A stretch of DNA of 64,000 nt from Candidatus Moraniibacteriota bacterium (GTDB taxonomy: Bacteria > Patescibacteriota > Minisyncoccia > Moranbacterales > GCA-2747515). A program made the position numbers and the translations under genes. Shown here in pieces: positions 36,329-45,514 of the stretch (position 1 is the first letter of the stretch; every line of letters begins with the position of its first letter). The stretch lies in NCBI GenBank assembly GCA_046116545.1, contig CP175956.1:77219-141218 (forward strand), given 5' to 3'. The notes beneath the pieces were generated by a model. The model searched no databases. It had not been told where the DNA came from and was given only the letters and a program-made list of their open reading frames with translations.

Positions 36329-37156
36329 TTATATCTTTTCTGCTACATTTGTGATTAATTTCCTGTATGCCCAAATACTAAATATGAAAAATGCAATAAT
36401 TACACTTATAAACATTGCTATTTGACTCAAATCTGGATAATGATTGTTAAACATTGATTCTTTTGTGAAATGGATGATAAATGCCACTGGATTCAGAAGA
36501 ATAAACTTATGTGTCCACACTGGTAACATTGTCAATGGATATAGAATTGGCAATATATAAAACATAACTCTCAATGCAACTTGCCAGATCATTGCCACAT
36601 CACGAAGATACAAAAGTAATGGCGCTGTAATAAGTGAAAATGACAATATTAGTATATATAACGCTACTGCAAAAGTAATTGAAAGTATGATAGATGCAAT
36701 AGACGGCATAAATTGAAATCCTATGAAAAATGCAATGATGACAATTATATTCATCAGAAATACCATCCCTGTATTTATAGTTGATGCCAGAATAATTGAC
36801 CACCTTGGTACATAAATTTTTGTTACTAATTGTGCTTTACTCTTAAGCGCATTCATACCCGCATTAGTTCCTTCTGAAAAAAATGTAAAAAGCATCAATG
36901 CAACTAGTAATTGCAAAGAATAATTTTCTATTCCACCACCACGAGCACCTGTACCAAACACACCGGAAAAAACAGCTGCCAAAACCAAAAACAAAAGAAG
37001 TGGCTGTAATACCGCCCATACATAACCCAAAACAGATCCTTGATAACGAAGTTTAAAATCCGTTTTAGCAAGCATCCAGATTAGCTCTTTATAATTTTCG
37101 TGTTCTTGTAGTGATTCTTTAATTATTTTCATAAATAAATAGTACAATAAAAACAC
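36329..37156 (-). CDS. wzm: ABC-2 type transporter permease (Wzm/TagG-like)
   Basis: 275 aa with 6 TM helices. Sits immediately upstream of the Wzt ATPase, with overlapping or adjacent arrangement. Confidence 0.75.
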   Translation of the reverse strand: MFLLYYLFMKIIKESLQEHENYKELIWMLAKTDFKLRYQGSVLGYVWAVLQPLLLFLVLAAVFSGVFGTGARGGGIENYSLQLLVALMLFTFFSEGTNAGMNALKSKAQLVTKIYVPRWSIILASTINTGMVFLMNIIVIIAFFIGFQFMPSIASIILSITFAVALYILILSFSLITAPLLLYLRDVAMIWQVALRVMFYILPILYPLTMLPVWTHKFILLNPVAFIIHFTKESMFNNHYPDLSQIAMFISVIIAFFIFSIWAYRKLITNVAEKI

Positions 37157-37226
37157 CTATCCCAAGGCTTTTTCATTATATCACATGGTAGCATTGTTGC
37201 AATAATACAACAATGCCTGCCAAAAT

Positions 37227-37640
37227 TTACTTTGGCACATAGTATGATACTCCTTCATACCTCCATTCTGTTGTAGGATATGTTGCAATAATATGATCCT
37301 TTTCACTTTCTGAAACTGTGAAAAAATGTGCCTTATTACGTGATGAATAAAATCTATATACTGGTTTATTACCTGCTGCAACTGTTGGCACATAGTATGA
37401 TATACCTTCATATCTCCATTCTGTTGTAGGATATGTTGCAATAATATGATCCTTTTCACTTTCTGAAACTGTGAAAAAATGTGCCTTATTACGTGATGAA
37501 TAAAATCTATATACTGGTTTATTACCTGATGCAGATGTTGGCACATAGTATGATATTCCTTCATATCTCCATTCTGTTGTAGGATATGTTGCAATTATAT
37601 GATTCTTTTCACTTTCTGAAACTGTGAAAAAATGGGCCTT
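37227..37640 (-). repeat. Three near-identical 126-bp tandem coding repeats
   Basis: Visible DNA periodicity. The alternate-frame ORF 37181..37594 is an artefact. Confidence 0.85.
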
Positions 37641-40600
37641 ATTACGTGCTGAGTAAAATCTATATACAGCTTGTTTTTCTTGTCTATCTGCATTCTCTTC
37701 TTCTATACCGTCTACATCAAAACTTATTGGAAAATCTGTATCATTTGTATTTCCTGATTCTTCTGTACACCTTATATAATAATTGTACGTATTTCCGTCT
37801 GATAATCCTGTTATATCATGTCCATGATCCTCGCCTCCTGTAACATTTGTCATTGCTGACATATCTGCATAAACTGTATTTAGAGCATCAGAATATCTAC
37901 ATGTTGCATTTTCCCATGTATTTAAATATATTTCTACACTAGTTGTTCCACTTGGTTGTGTCCCATCTGGGCTACCATCAAATCTATCTGGCATTGTATT
38001 ATCTACTTCAAAAGAAGTAACACTTAATACATTACTGGTATTTGCAGAACCATCTGTCACACTAATTGTACAATTACTATGAGTTCCCTCCGATAAAAAA
38101 TTAAAAGTAATTGTGTTATTTCCAACAGTCGCTGTACTTGTAACACTAGAGCAATCACCTCCATAAGTAATAGTTCCTACTTCATCTGTGTTGAATGTAT
38201 AGTCTGGTGTATTATTATTTGTTGGAGTTGATACTGGTGTCACTTCCGTTACTATAGGCGCTACCACATCGCTAATTGATTCATCTTTTATTTTTGATAC
38301 AAAAATATCATAACATCCATATGATGTTAAAGTATTTCCAGTCATATTAATTGTATCTTTAAATCTTCCAACTAAATATCCTTTCCCATAGTCATTAAAA
38401 GCCATTGCTTCACCTGTGTCAGTGCTTGTATTGCCCCAAGACTCTAATGAACTAGCATCTCCAGTTACAACATCTAATATTCCATAAAATATATCATAAC
38501 CACCAGCAGAACTCACGGGCAATGCGTCTGCATATAATGTTCCATAAAATCCACCTGTTATATATATGTTATTATCATTTACTTTAATGTCTGTACTATT
38601 CGTTGATGACGCGTTAGTCCAATGCTTCATCCAATCTACATCTCCATCAGTATTCAATCTTGCAATATATATATTATCATTACTGATTCCTGCTAAGGCT
38701 TGTCCAAATACATCTGCATTATTTTGAAACGTGCCTGATGTATACACATTTCCACTATCATCTATATCAATTGTATATCCATAATCACGAGCATACTCTG
38801 CACTACCACCTCCCTGTTTGGACCATACACTATCTCCATTTACATCTAATTTTGCCAAAAATATATCATATCCTCCAGTTCCACCACCTTCCGTAAATAC
38901 ATTCCCAAAAATATTTGCAACATCACTAAAATAACCGGTAACAAATACATTTCCATTTGTGTCTGTGACAATATCATTGCCTTTATCTAGGCTAGAGCCA
39001 CCCGATCTTTTTGCCCAAATATTATTTCCATCACTATCTATCTTTGCTACAAAAATATCATCACTACCAGCTGATACTAGAGATACTCCTAAAATATCAG
39101 TAGTCCCCGCAAATGAACCAGTTATGTACAAATCATCATTATCATCTATATATATCGATTTAGGATATTCTGTACTTGTACCACCAAAATTATATGCCCA
39201 AATCACATTACCATCATTATCTAATTTTGAAAGATAACCATCATAACTTCCGTTTGATGTTAAATCTATTCCAAAAATATTTGCATCATTACTAAAATAG
39301 CCTGTTAGATATAAATTACCCATGCTATCAATTTCAATAGATGGACTAGTTACATAACCAGTACCGTAAGCATGTTTTGTCCAAACAGAATTCCCATCTA
39401 AATCCAACTTTGTAATGAACGTATCCCACGGTCCATCTGCCACTAAATTTGTACCAAATATATCAGCATCTGTGTTAATAATTCCAACAACATAAGCATT
39501 TCCAGAATCATCAATAACAACATCATAAGCACCTTCACTTCCGCCTGAGTACGTATATGAGTTACACAATCCTGCATAATCCCCACCAGCATGTTTTGTC
39601 CACTCTGTAGTTCCAATATTAATATTTTTCATCATCAATTTTGTACCATTTGAACCGTCTGGCATATTATCATTTGATTCAAATGCTATTTTACTTCTGT
39701 CGGGTGAGATTGATGGTGCTCCATCATATCCTGCAAAATTTGTAAGTCTCTCCACAGTACCGCCTGCAACTGGAATTTTATAAATTTGTGCTAAATTTGT
39801 TTCAAAATCACTACTGTAGATTATATAATGACCATATTCTGAAAATACAGCATCTGTCTTGTCACCTGCACCACTTGTAACTTTTGATTTGTCTGTTCCA
39901 TCTGTATTCATAGTCCATATATCCCACATACCTCCATCTAATTTTTGATATAAAATTTTATCTCCTTTTGGTGACCAATTTGGTTGTCTACAATCATCTC
40001 CCGTATCTGTTAGATTTATGTAACTACTACTTCCATCAATTTTATACTTTGTAATAATTCCATCAGTTGGCACATCTACATCATGAGTTTCAAAAACAAC
40101 CCACTGACCATCGTGACTAAATGACGGTTCATATGACATTTTAGCACTCCCGCCTATTCTATCTGTAATTTTAACTTCTGCTCCTGTTGTAGCACTATCA
40201 CCTATACGAAATACTTCATCATGTGGATCTTTAGATGAAGAAAATGTTATTTCATTTCCAACCCATGAACTCCCAGGTAAATTCACATTATCATTTCCAT
40301 CACTCATGAGTTCTGTCACATTTTCTGATGCTATATCATAAATGTATAAATCAGCCGGACCTTCATTATATCCATTTCTCCACCGTGTAAAAAGAATTTT
40401 ACTTCCATCGGGAGAAAAAGCAGGGTTTTGCAAACTACCTGTTAAATTTATATTTAATACTGTCTCCCCATCATTTCTGACTATATAATCCTCGCATCCA
40501 AATCTGTATGCATCTAAATCAAGATTTTTCTTAAGCCAAGAATATCCACTAGAGTTTGCCTGTGAACAAAATTTATCTGTATCTACTCTGTACTCAACTC

Positions 40601-41255
40601 CAAAAACTGGCTTATCTGCATTTATAAAAGTTTGATATCCGTCACATTCATTATATTGATAGCATTGTTCATTTAATGCCCAATCAAAACTTCCAACCAA
40701 GTCATTGATTTGATCTACATCGTTTTTAAGTCCTATTGATAAATCCCGACTGTGCGCTTCTGTTGCTAACCAATTATTATACGTGAGTTGATCGCCTGCT
40801 GTAAGTGGAAATCCTGTTGTATTTGTATACCCATCTATATTATCTGGTTCTACTCCATCACAATTTTTTGAAACAGCCAAATCCAATCTTGCCTGCATAA
40901 TTGGTTGTAGTGATGCATCTCTAATATCTAACCATTTTTCACCAGCCCAACCATCCAAATCATCACCTTTCACAGATTCTGCAAAATCACCCGCATCACT
41001 ACGCCAATCTTCCCAGCTCCCAGCAGAAAAATAACAAATAACTATTCTACCATCTGCATGTAATTCATCTATCTTACTTTGTGGAGTATCAAACAAATCA
41101 ACATCATACATATCAACATCATATGAAGTATCCACATCTCCAGAATTCAATTGCCACTGCCAAGTTAAATCTTGCGCAGCAGTAGGTTGCCACCAAGCAT
41201 CCGTAAAGCTAACTGGTATCAATAATAGTGCTATGAATAATATTATTTTTTTCAT
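37227..41255 (-). CDS. Giant secreted multi-domain protein. Domains: signal peptide, GH114 (endo-alpha-1,4-polygalactosaminidase-like) glycoside hydrolase, TolB/PD40-type beta-propeller, SBBP-type beta-propeller repeats, and three C-terminal 42-aa repeats.
   Basis: GH114 hallmarks WQWQL, VDLFD, ICYFSAGSWEDWRSD, EKWLDIRD and CDGVEPDNIDGY. PD40-like repeats SPDGSKILFT, SHDGQWVVFE, SPKGDKILYQ and SPDRSKIAFES. SBBP-like GNAYVVG, GNLYLTGYF, DLYITGSF and GNVFVTGYF. C-terminus has three copies of PVYRFYSSRNKAHFFTVSESEKDHIIATYPTTEWRYEGISYYVP. Confidence 0.65.
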   Translation of the reverse strand: MKKIILFIALLLIPVSFTDAWWQPTAAQDLTWQWQLNSGDVDTSYDVDMYDVDLFDTPQSKIDELHADGRIVICYFSAGSWEDWRSDAGDFAESVKGDDLDGWAGEKWLDIRDASLQPIMQARLDLAVSKNCDGVEPDNIDGYTNTTGFPLTAGDQLTYNNWLATEAHSRDLSIGLKNDVDQINDLVGSFDWALNEQCYQYNECDGYQTFINADKPVFGVEYRVDTDKFCSQANSSGYSWLKKNLDLDAYRFGCEDYIVRNDGETVLNINLTGSLQNPAFSPDGSKILFTRWRNGYNEGPADLYIYDIASENVTELMSDGNDNVNLPGSSWVGNEITFSSSKDPHDEVFRIGDSATTGAEVKITDRIGGSAKMSYEPSFSHDGQWVVFETHDVDVPTDGIITKYKIDGSSSYINLTDTGDDCRQPNWSPKGDKILYQKLDGGMWDIWTMNTDGTDKSKVTSGAGDKTDAVFSEYGHYIIYSSDFETNLAQIYKIPVAGGTVERLTNFAGYDGAPSISPDRSKIAFESNDNMPDGSNGTKLMMKNINIGTTEWTKHAGGDYAGLCNSYTYSGGSEGAYDVVIDDSGNAYVVGIINTDADIFGTNLVADGPWDTFITKLDLDGNSVWTKHAYGTGYVTSPSIEIDSMGNLYLTGYFSNDANIFGIDLTSNGSYDGYLSKLDNDGNVIWAYNFGGTSTEYPKSIYIDDNDDLYITGSFAGTTDILGVSLVSAGSDDIFVAKIDSDGNNIWAKRSGGSSLDKGNDIVTDTNGNVFVTGYFSDVANIFGNVFTEGGGTGGYDIFLAKLDVNGDSVWSKQGGGSAEYARDYGYTIDIDDSGNVYTSGTFQNNADVFGQALAGISNDNIYIARLNTDGDVDWMKHWTNASSTNSTDIKVNDNNIYITGGFYGTLYADALPVSSAGGYDIFYGILDVVTGDASSLESWGNTSTDTGEAMAFNDYGKGYLVGRFKDTINMTGNTLTSYGCYDIFVSKIKDESISDVVAPIVTEVTPVSTPTNNNTPDYTFNTDEVGTITYGGDCSSVTSTATVGNNTITFNFLSEGTHSNCTISVTDGSANTSNVLSVTSFEVDNTMPDRFDGSPDGTQPSGTTSVEIYLNTWENATCRYSDALNTVYADMSAMTNVTGGEDHGHDITGLSDGNTYNYYIRCTEESGNTNDTDFPISFDVDGIEEENADRQEKQAVYRFYSARNKAHFFTVSESEKNHIIATYPTTEWRYEGISYYVPTSASGNKPVYRFYSSRNKAHFFTVSESEKDHIIATYPTTEWRYEGISYYVPTVAAGNKPVYRFYSSRNKAHFFTVSESEKDHIIATYPTTEWRYEGVSYYVPK

Positions 41256-41370
41256 ATATTTTTATATTCCTGAACACTCAGTATACCATAATTATAAAAC
41301 TAATTTTGATTGATTTTTCGCTCTCTACTGTATGATTTTTGAAATTTCTTTGTTATTAAATCAATGATCT

Positions 41371-41512
41371 ACCTTCTCCCCTTTTTAAAAGGGAAGATGT
41401 CCGATAGGACAGAGAGGGGTTTGTTATAGTAGCTTTTTAATCTTTGTATTATTTAGTTCTTATTTTTACCAAAACCACCCCTCAGTCCCCTCCTTAAAAA
41501 GAAGGGGAGGCT
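41371..41512. repeat. Hairpin element family B (part 2 then part 1)
   Basis: ccttctcccctttttaaaagggaagatgtccgataggacagagaggggtt ... accacccctcagtcccctccttaaaaagaaggggagg. Confidence 0.7.
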
Positions 41513-41920
41513 TTATTTATTTTTCTTTTCTTTGATTGTCAGCCAAATGAACATTATAAGACTAATTATCACAAACATTATACTTGCAAATGTTGATACT
41601 TGCTCTTTTGTATCTAATATCTCTATAAAACTCCCTGAACTTTCAGATGAAATCATAATCCAAATTACTGATATAAAAAAATACCAAAAGGTAAACTTTA
41701 ACCATTTTTTGAATATTTTGTCTGAGATGAAAAATGTAAAAATTGCGGTTATTAATAATCCTAATGACATCCATGCTATCGGATCCACATACCAATTATA
41801 TTCAAAAATTATTTCAAACAAATTATTTTTAATATCTAAATATGCTGCAATATAACTGTACGTAAAAAAAGTTATGGCAATTACTAATACTTCGACTCTT
41901 TTAATATATTTTTTTTTCAT
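41513..41920 (-). CDS. Small integral membrane protein
   Basis: 135 aa with 4 predicted TM helices. Confidence 0.4.
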   Translation of the reverse strand: MKKKYIKRVEVLVIAITFFTYSYIAAYLDIKNNLFEIIFEYNWYVDPIAWMSLGLLITAIFTFFISDKIFKKWLKFTFWYFFISVIWIMISSESSGSFIEILDTKEQVSTFASIMFVIISLIMFIWLTIKEKKNK

Positions 41921-41934
41921 AATTTAATTTAATT

Positions 41935-44900
41935 TTATTTAATTAACTTTTTAAAAATAAACACACTAACAATCATCAAAAATAATAGGAATATTCCAAT
42001 CAAAATATCTTTGATTGATTTTTTGTTTTCGGAATTATTATCATCTTTTATTTCCTTATTTTCATTTTCTACTGTATTGTTTTGAGATTTCTCTACTTCG
42101 GTCGAAATAACGTCCTTTTCATTTGCCACATCATCCCCCAGAGATTGCTTCGTCGTACCTCCTCGCAAAGACTCATTATTAAAAATATTTTCCGTAATAT
42201 TATTTTTTTCGTCATCGTCATCATCATTGTCTTTGTCATCATCTTTATTTTCATTGCTTTCACTACTACTAAATACTGTACTTCCATCATTTCCATCCTC
42301 TAATGTAGTAGTTCCATTGATTTGTGGTACAACTTCATAATCATTACTTCCATCACCATCATAATCAGCTGTGAGTCTTGTAATATTTTCCAATCCAGTT
42401 CTTGGAATTGCAAAACTTACTTTTGTATTTTCTGATGTTGGTAGATTTTCCATTGTTAGATATGAGGTTACTTCTTCTCCTGCCTCCGTGATACTCACTT
42501 CCTCTAATTTGATAGTATATGAACCTGTATTATAACCATCCAACTCCACGATTATATCACTACCACCCCATCCTACAAATTTATGTTCTCCAAATACATC
42601 GTAATAACTATTTGGCATATTTTCTTCTATAATTTGATTTCCATTTTCATCTATTATGGGTCCTGTGTGATTTCCTTGATTGTCGTATAAATGAATGTCT
42701 AGTGGTGAATATAATGCCATTCTAAGTCTTTTTGCACTGTGTTTACTATGCTTTATTGCGTCAGTGTCATCTGGTCTATTTTTCGTGATATAATCAGACA
42801 ATTCTTCTTGAATTTCATGTTTACTGATGATATTTGAGATTAAATTTCGTAACGACTTAACTTCTAAAATATCTTTGTGCTTTCTATCTTTCGCAAAACC
42901 CTTATTTTCTTCATACATATCCAAAAAATATTTCTCAACATTCTCAGATTCTGACATCATAAGTGAACTTGGTGTTACTACAACATTATCTCCATCTACT
43001 GTATATTTTGGTATATATGATTCTACTGTTACATCTTTGCATTTCGTTCTTTTTATTCCTTCTTTTGTTACTTTATCTTCACATTCTACTTTTGTGATAC
43101 TTTCATAATCTATTTCACTTATTGTATCAAGCCCCCAGCCTCCTATTTGTATTAGATTTACATTTTCTGGTGGTGTCCAGTTATTTAACTCTTCGTGCAA
43201 TTCTTTATTTTCATCAAATAATTTCTCATTTAATATATTTGCTCTTTTTGTATCATTCTTATTTGGTTTGTGTCTATTATCTTTTTTTGCCAATAGAAAA
43301 TCCTTGAATTCATCATAACTATTTATTGTATCTCCATATGCTTTTTTGTATTTCTTGTATTCTGATTTTTCTGATTTAAAATTTATTATTGGTTTATCTA
43401 TTCTTCTGAAATATTCTTCTGTTGGTAAAAGTCCATAAGCAGATGGCATATTTCGTACTACCTCCCTAGCTTCTGCGTCACTGATAACTGAATTTAATTC
43501 TATTTTTTCATCAAATCCATACAACATTGTCAAGATTGCCTTTGATGTTCCCATTTGTGGTGAACTTACCATGACAATATTATCAACTTTATCTGTCATG
43601 TTCAATATTTCAAGTTGTTGCATTATGGATTTTGCTAGTAATCCACCATTTGAATGAGCTACAATTGTAACTTTTCCACTAACTGATGAGTCAGATAATC
43701 TCATCACTTCACTTATTGGATTTTTTATAGAACTCATTTCATAATTTGTTCCATTTATTGCAATATCGTCTACACTTTTTCTCCAATCATATGCATATAA
43801 AGAATAATCATTTATTATTCTATCATCTTTTAAGTTTTTTAAATCTCCAAAAAATCTTTTGTAAATATTTGGAGCTAATACACTAGGAAGTCCTGCTTCA
43901 TAAATTGGCTCTTCAGTGAAAATATCATTTATACTATTTCCATCTTCATCTAATAATATATTTTTGTAATCATCTCCACCTGGAGTAGGTGGCCATACTT
44001 GATTTGTACCGTCATATAATCTGCTAGCTTTTGCACCTGGTAAAAACAATACATTTGATGCAAAATCCGATGATCCTCTCCAATCGTATTCTAATACATT
44101 TGTATCTCCGCTTACTTTTTCACCTGCTGCTAATATTGCATAATCGTCTCCATTTTCATTAACAAAGTTACCTGTTGGACCGTTTGTATGTCCGTACCAA
44201 TTATTTTCTAAAATAACCTTGCTACTGTCATGAGTCATTGCATCATTTTCACATGTTTCACAACATGCATCATAAATAGCATCATTTTGATTATTGTTAT
44301 ATTCATCATCACAGTTATCATAACAAATATCTTCTCCTTCAAAGTCATAAACTACAACATTTGAAATTACTGCTATATTTTGTCCACTTTCTTCAAAATT
44401 AGAATTTTTAATATGTACATAACTATTTTCATTGTAATCTTCTTCAAGTTCCATCTCTACTTGAATATCTGCATACTTGCTATTTTTGAAAATAACATTT
44501 TCCATATCTAATTGTCCTGACATATGTAGTATTGCTGGTGCTTTTCGAATAGCTTCTTCATCTGCATAAACATTATTTGTTATGATGTCATGTATTGCTA
44601 TCCCTGGACAATGTAATTCATTGTAATCAAAATATTCTCCCAATCCATCAAATTCTACAAATTTAAAAAATGATGGTTCAAATATATAACCATCAATTTC
44701 ATACGTATCAAATTTAAATGCTGAAACTCCACCTAAATCACACTGCTCATCAAACTCATTTCCTTCATTAAATGGAGTTTTTGTAAAAACTATTTTATTA
44801 TCAATATCGCCAACTGCAACAATACGTCCAGCATCTTGTACTACGATATGCTTTATTGATATATGTGATCCAGCTTCAATAGTTACTGTTGCACCATCAA

Positions 44901-45090
44901 TGATATATACCGCACCATACTCACTCAAATCTGTATCACTGTTCCATGTTACATCTGTAGTAATATATAAGTCATCACCATACCAAGCGTTTATATATTT
45001 GTGTATATATAAAAAATCAAATCGCAATGGTGCGAGAATGATTATTAGGATTAGAATTGTATTGATCGACTTTAAGATAAAGTTTTTCAT
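41935..45090 (-). CDS. Large secreted alpha/beta-hydrolase (lipase/esterase, LCAT/PGAP1-like) with an acidic low-complexity region, an in-frame family-A insertion and a C-terminal TM anchor
   Basis: Signal/TM N-terminus. Nucleophile-elbow-like VTIVAHSNGGLLAKS. Acidic tract DDDKDNDDDDDEKNN. Insertion NESLRGGTTKQSLGDD. C-terminal TM ILIGIFLLFLMIVSVFIF. Confidence 0.55.
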   Translation of the reverse strand: MKNFILKSINTILILIIILAPLRFDFLYIHKYINAWYGDDLYITTDVTWNSDTDLSEYGAVYIIDGATVTIEAGSHISIKHIVVQDAGRIVAVGDIDNKIVFTKTPFNEGNEFDEQCDLGGVSAFKFDTYEIDGYIFEPSFFKFVEFDGLGEYFDYNELHCPGIAIHDIITNNVYADEEAIRKAPAILHMSGQLDMENVIFKNSKYADIQVEMELEEDYNENSYVHIKNSNFEESGQNIAVISNVVVYDFEGEDICYDNCDDEYNNNQNDAIYDACCETCENDAMTHDSSKVILENNWYGHTNGPTGNFVNENGDDYAILAAGEKVSGDTNVLEYDWRGSSDFASNVLFLPGAKASRLYDGTNQVWPPTPGGDDYKNILLDEDGNSINDIFTEEPIYEAGLPSVLAPNIYKRFFGDLKNLKDDRIINDYSLYAYDWRKSVDDIAINGTNYEMSSIKNPISEVMRLSDSSVSGKVTIVAHSNGGLLAKSIMQQLEILNMTDKVDNIVMVSSPQMGTSKAILTMLYGFDEKIELNSVISDAEAREVVRNMPSAYGLLPTEEYFRRIDKPIINFKSEKSEYKKYKKAYGDTINSYDEFKDFLLAKKDNRHKPNKNDTKRANILNEKLFDENKELHEELNNWTPPENVNLIQIGGWGLDTISEIDYESITKVECEDKVTKEGIKRTKCKDVTVESYIPKYTVDGDNVVVTPSSLMMSESENVEKYFLDMYEENKGFAKDRKHKDILEVKSLRNLISNIISKHEIQEELSDYITKNRPDDTDAIKHSKHSAKRLRMALYSPLDIHLYDNQGNHTGPIIDENGNQIIEENMPNSYYDVFGEHKFVGWGGSDIIVELDGYNTGSYTIKLEEVSITEAGEEVTSYLTMENLPTSENTKVSFAIPRTGLENITRLTADYDGDGSNDYEVVPQINGTTTLEDGNDGSTVFSSSESNENKDDDKDNDDDDDEKNNITENIFNNESLRGGTTKQSLGDDVANEKDVISTEVEKSQNNTVENENKEIKDDNNSENKKSIKDILIGIFLLFLMIVSVFIFKKLIK
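42141..42172. repeat. Palindromic element family A, unit II, inserted in-frame (encodes SLRGGTTKQS)
   Basis: gagattgcttcgtcgtacctcctcgcaaagac. Exact match to intergenic copies. Confidence 0.85.
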
Positions 45091-45183
45091 GTCTTTATTT
45101 TAGCATGCTTTATTTGTTGTGGTCTAGTTTTTTTGATATATAAACCATTTCTAACTAACGAGCACTACTCATTGTAGTGGCGT

Positions 45184-45241
45184 GGCCTTGTGCCCGCCAT
45201 GTAGATCTAATGCGAGGACAGCCACAAGGGCATGTCCCTAC
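45184..45241. repeat. Family C, degenerate copy
   Basis: ggccttgtgcccg...gacagccacaagggcatgtccctac. Confidence 0.5.
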
Positions 45242-45273
45242 AAAAAATAGATGTCACTCTTAAATGGCGAATC

Positions 45274-45321
45274 GAGATTGCTTCACATATCACAAATAAT
45301 GTCACTTCAGTTCGCAAAGAC
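45274..45321. repeat. Palindromic element family A, unit I in reverse orientation
   Basis: gagattgcttcacatatcacaaataatgtcacttcagttcgcaaagac. Confidence 0.75.
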
Positions 45322-45380
45322 GCTACACAAATGATACTGATTTTTCATTTAAAATTTGTTTTATACTTACGTTATATACA

Positions 45381-45420
45381 AAAACACCTCTCAGTCCCCT
45401 CCTTAAAAAGGATGGGAGGT
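45381..45420. repeat. Hairpin element family B, part 1
   Basis: aaaacacctctcagtcccctccttaaaaaggatgggagg. Confidence 0.7.
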
Positions 45421-45482
45421 TATTAAACTTACACAAAATAGATATTACATAATATTATAGGATTTTCTCAAACTTTTCGAAA

Positions 45483-45508
45483 GATTCCTGCCTTCGCAGG
45501 AATGACAT
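45483..45508. repeat. Family-D hairpin immediately downstream of the GT gene (terminator-like)
   Basis: gattcctgccttcgcaggaatgaca. Confidence 0.6.
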
Positions 45509-45514
45509 TGATTT

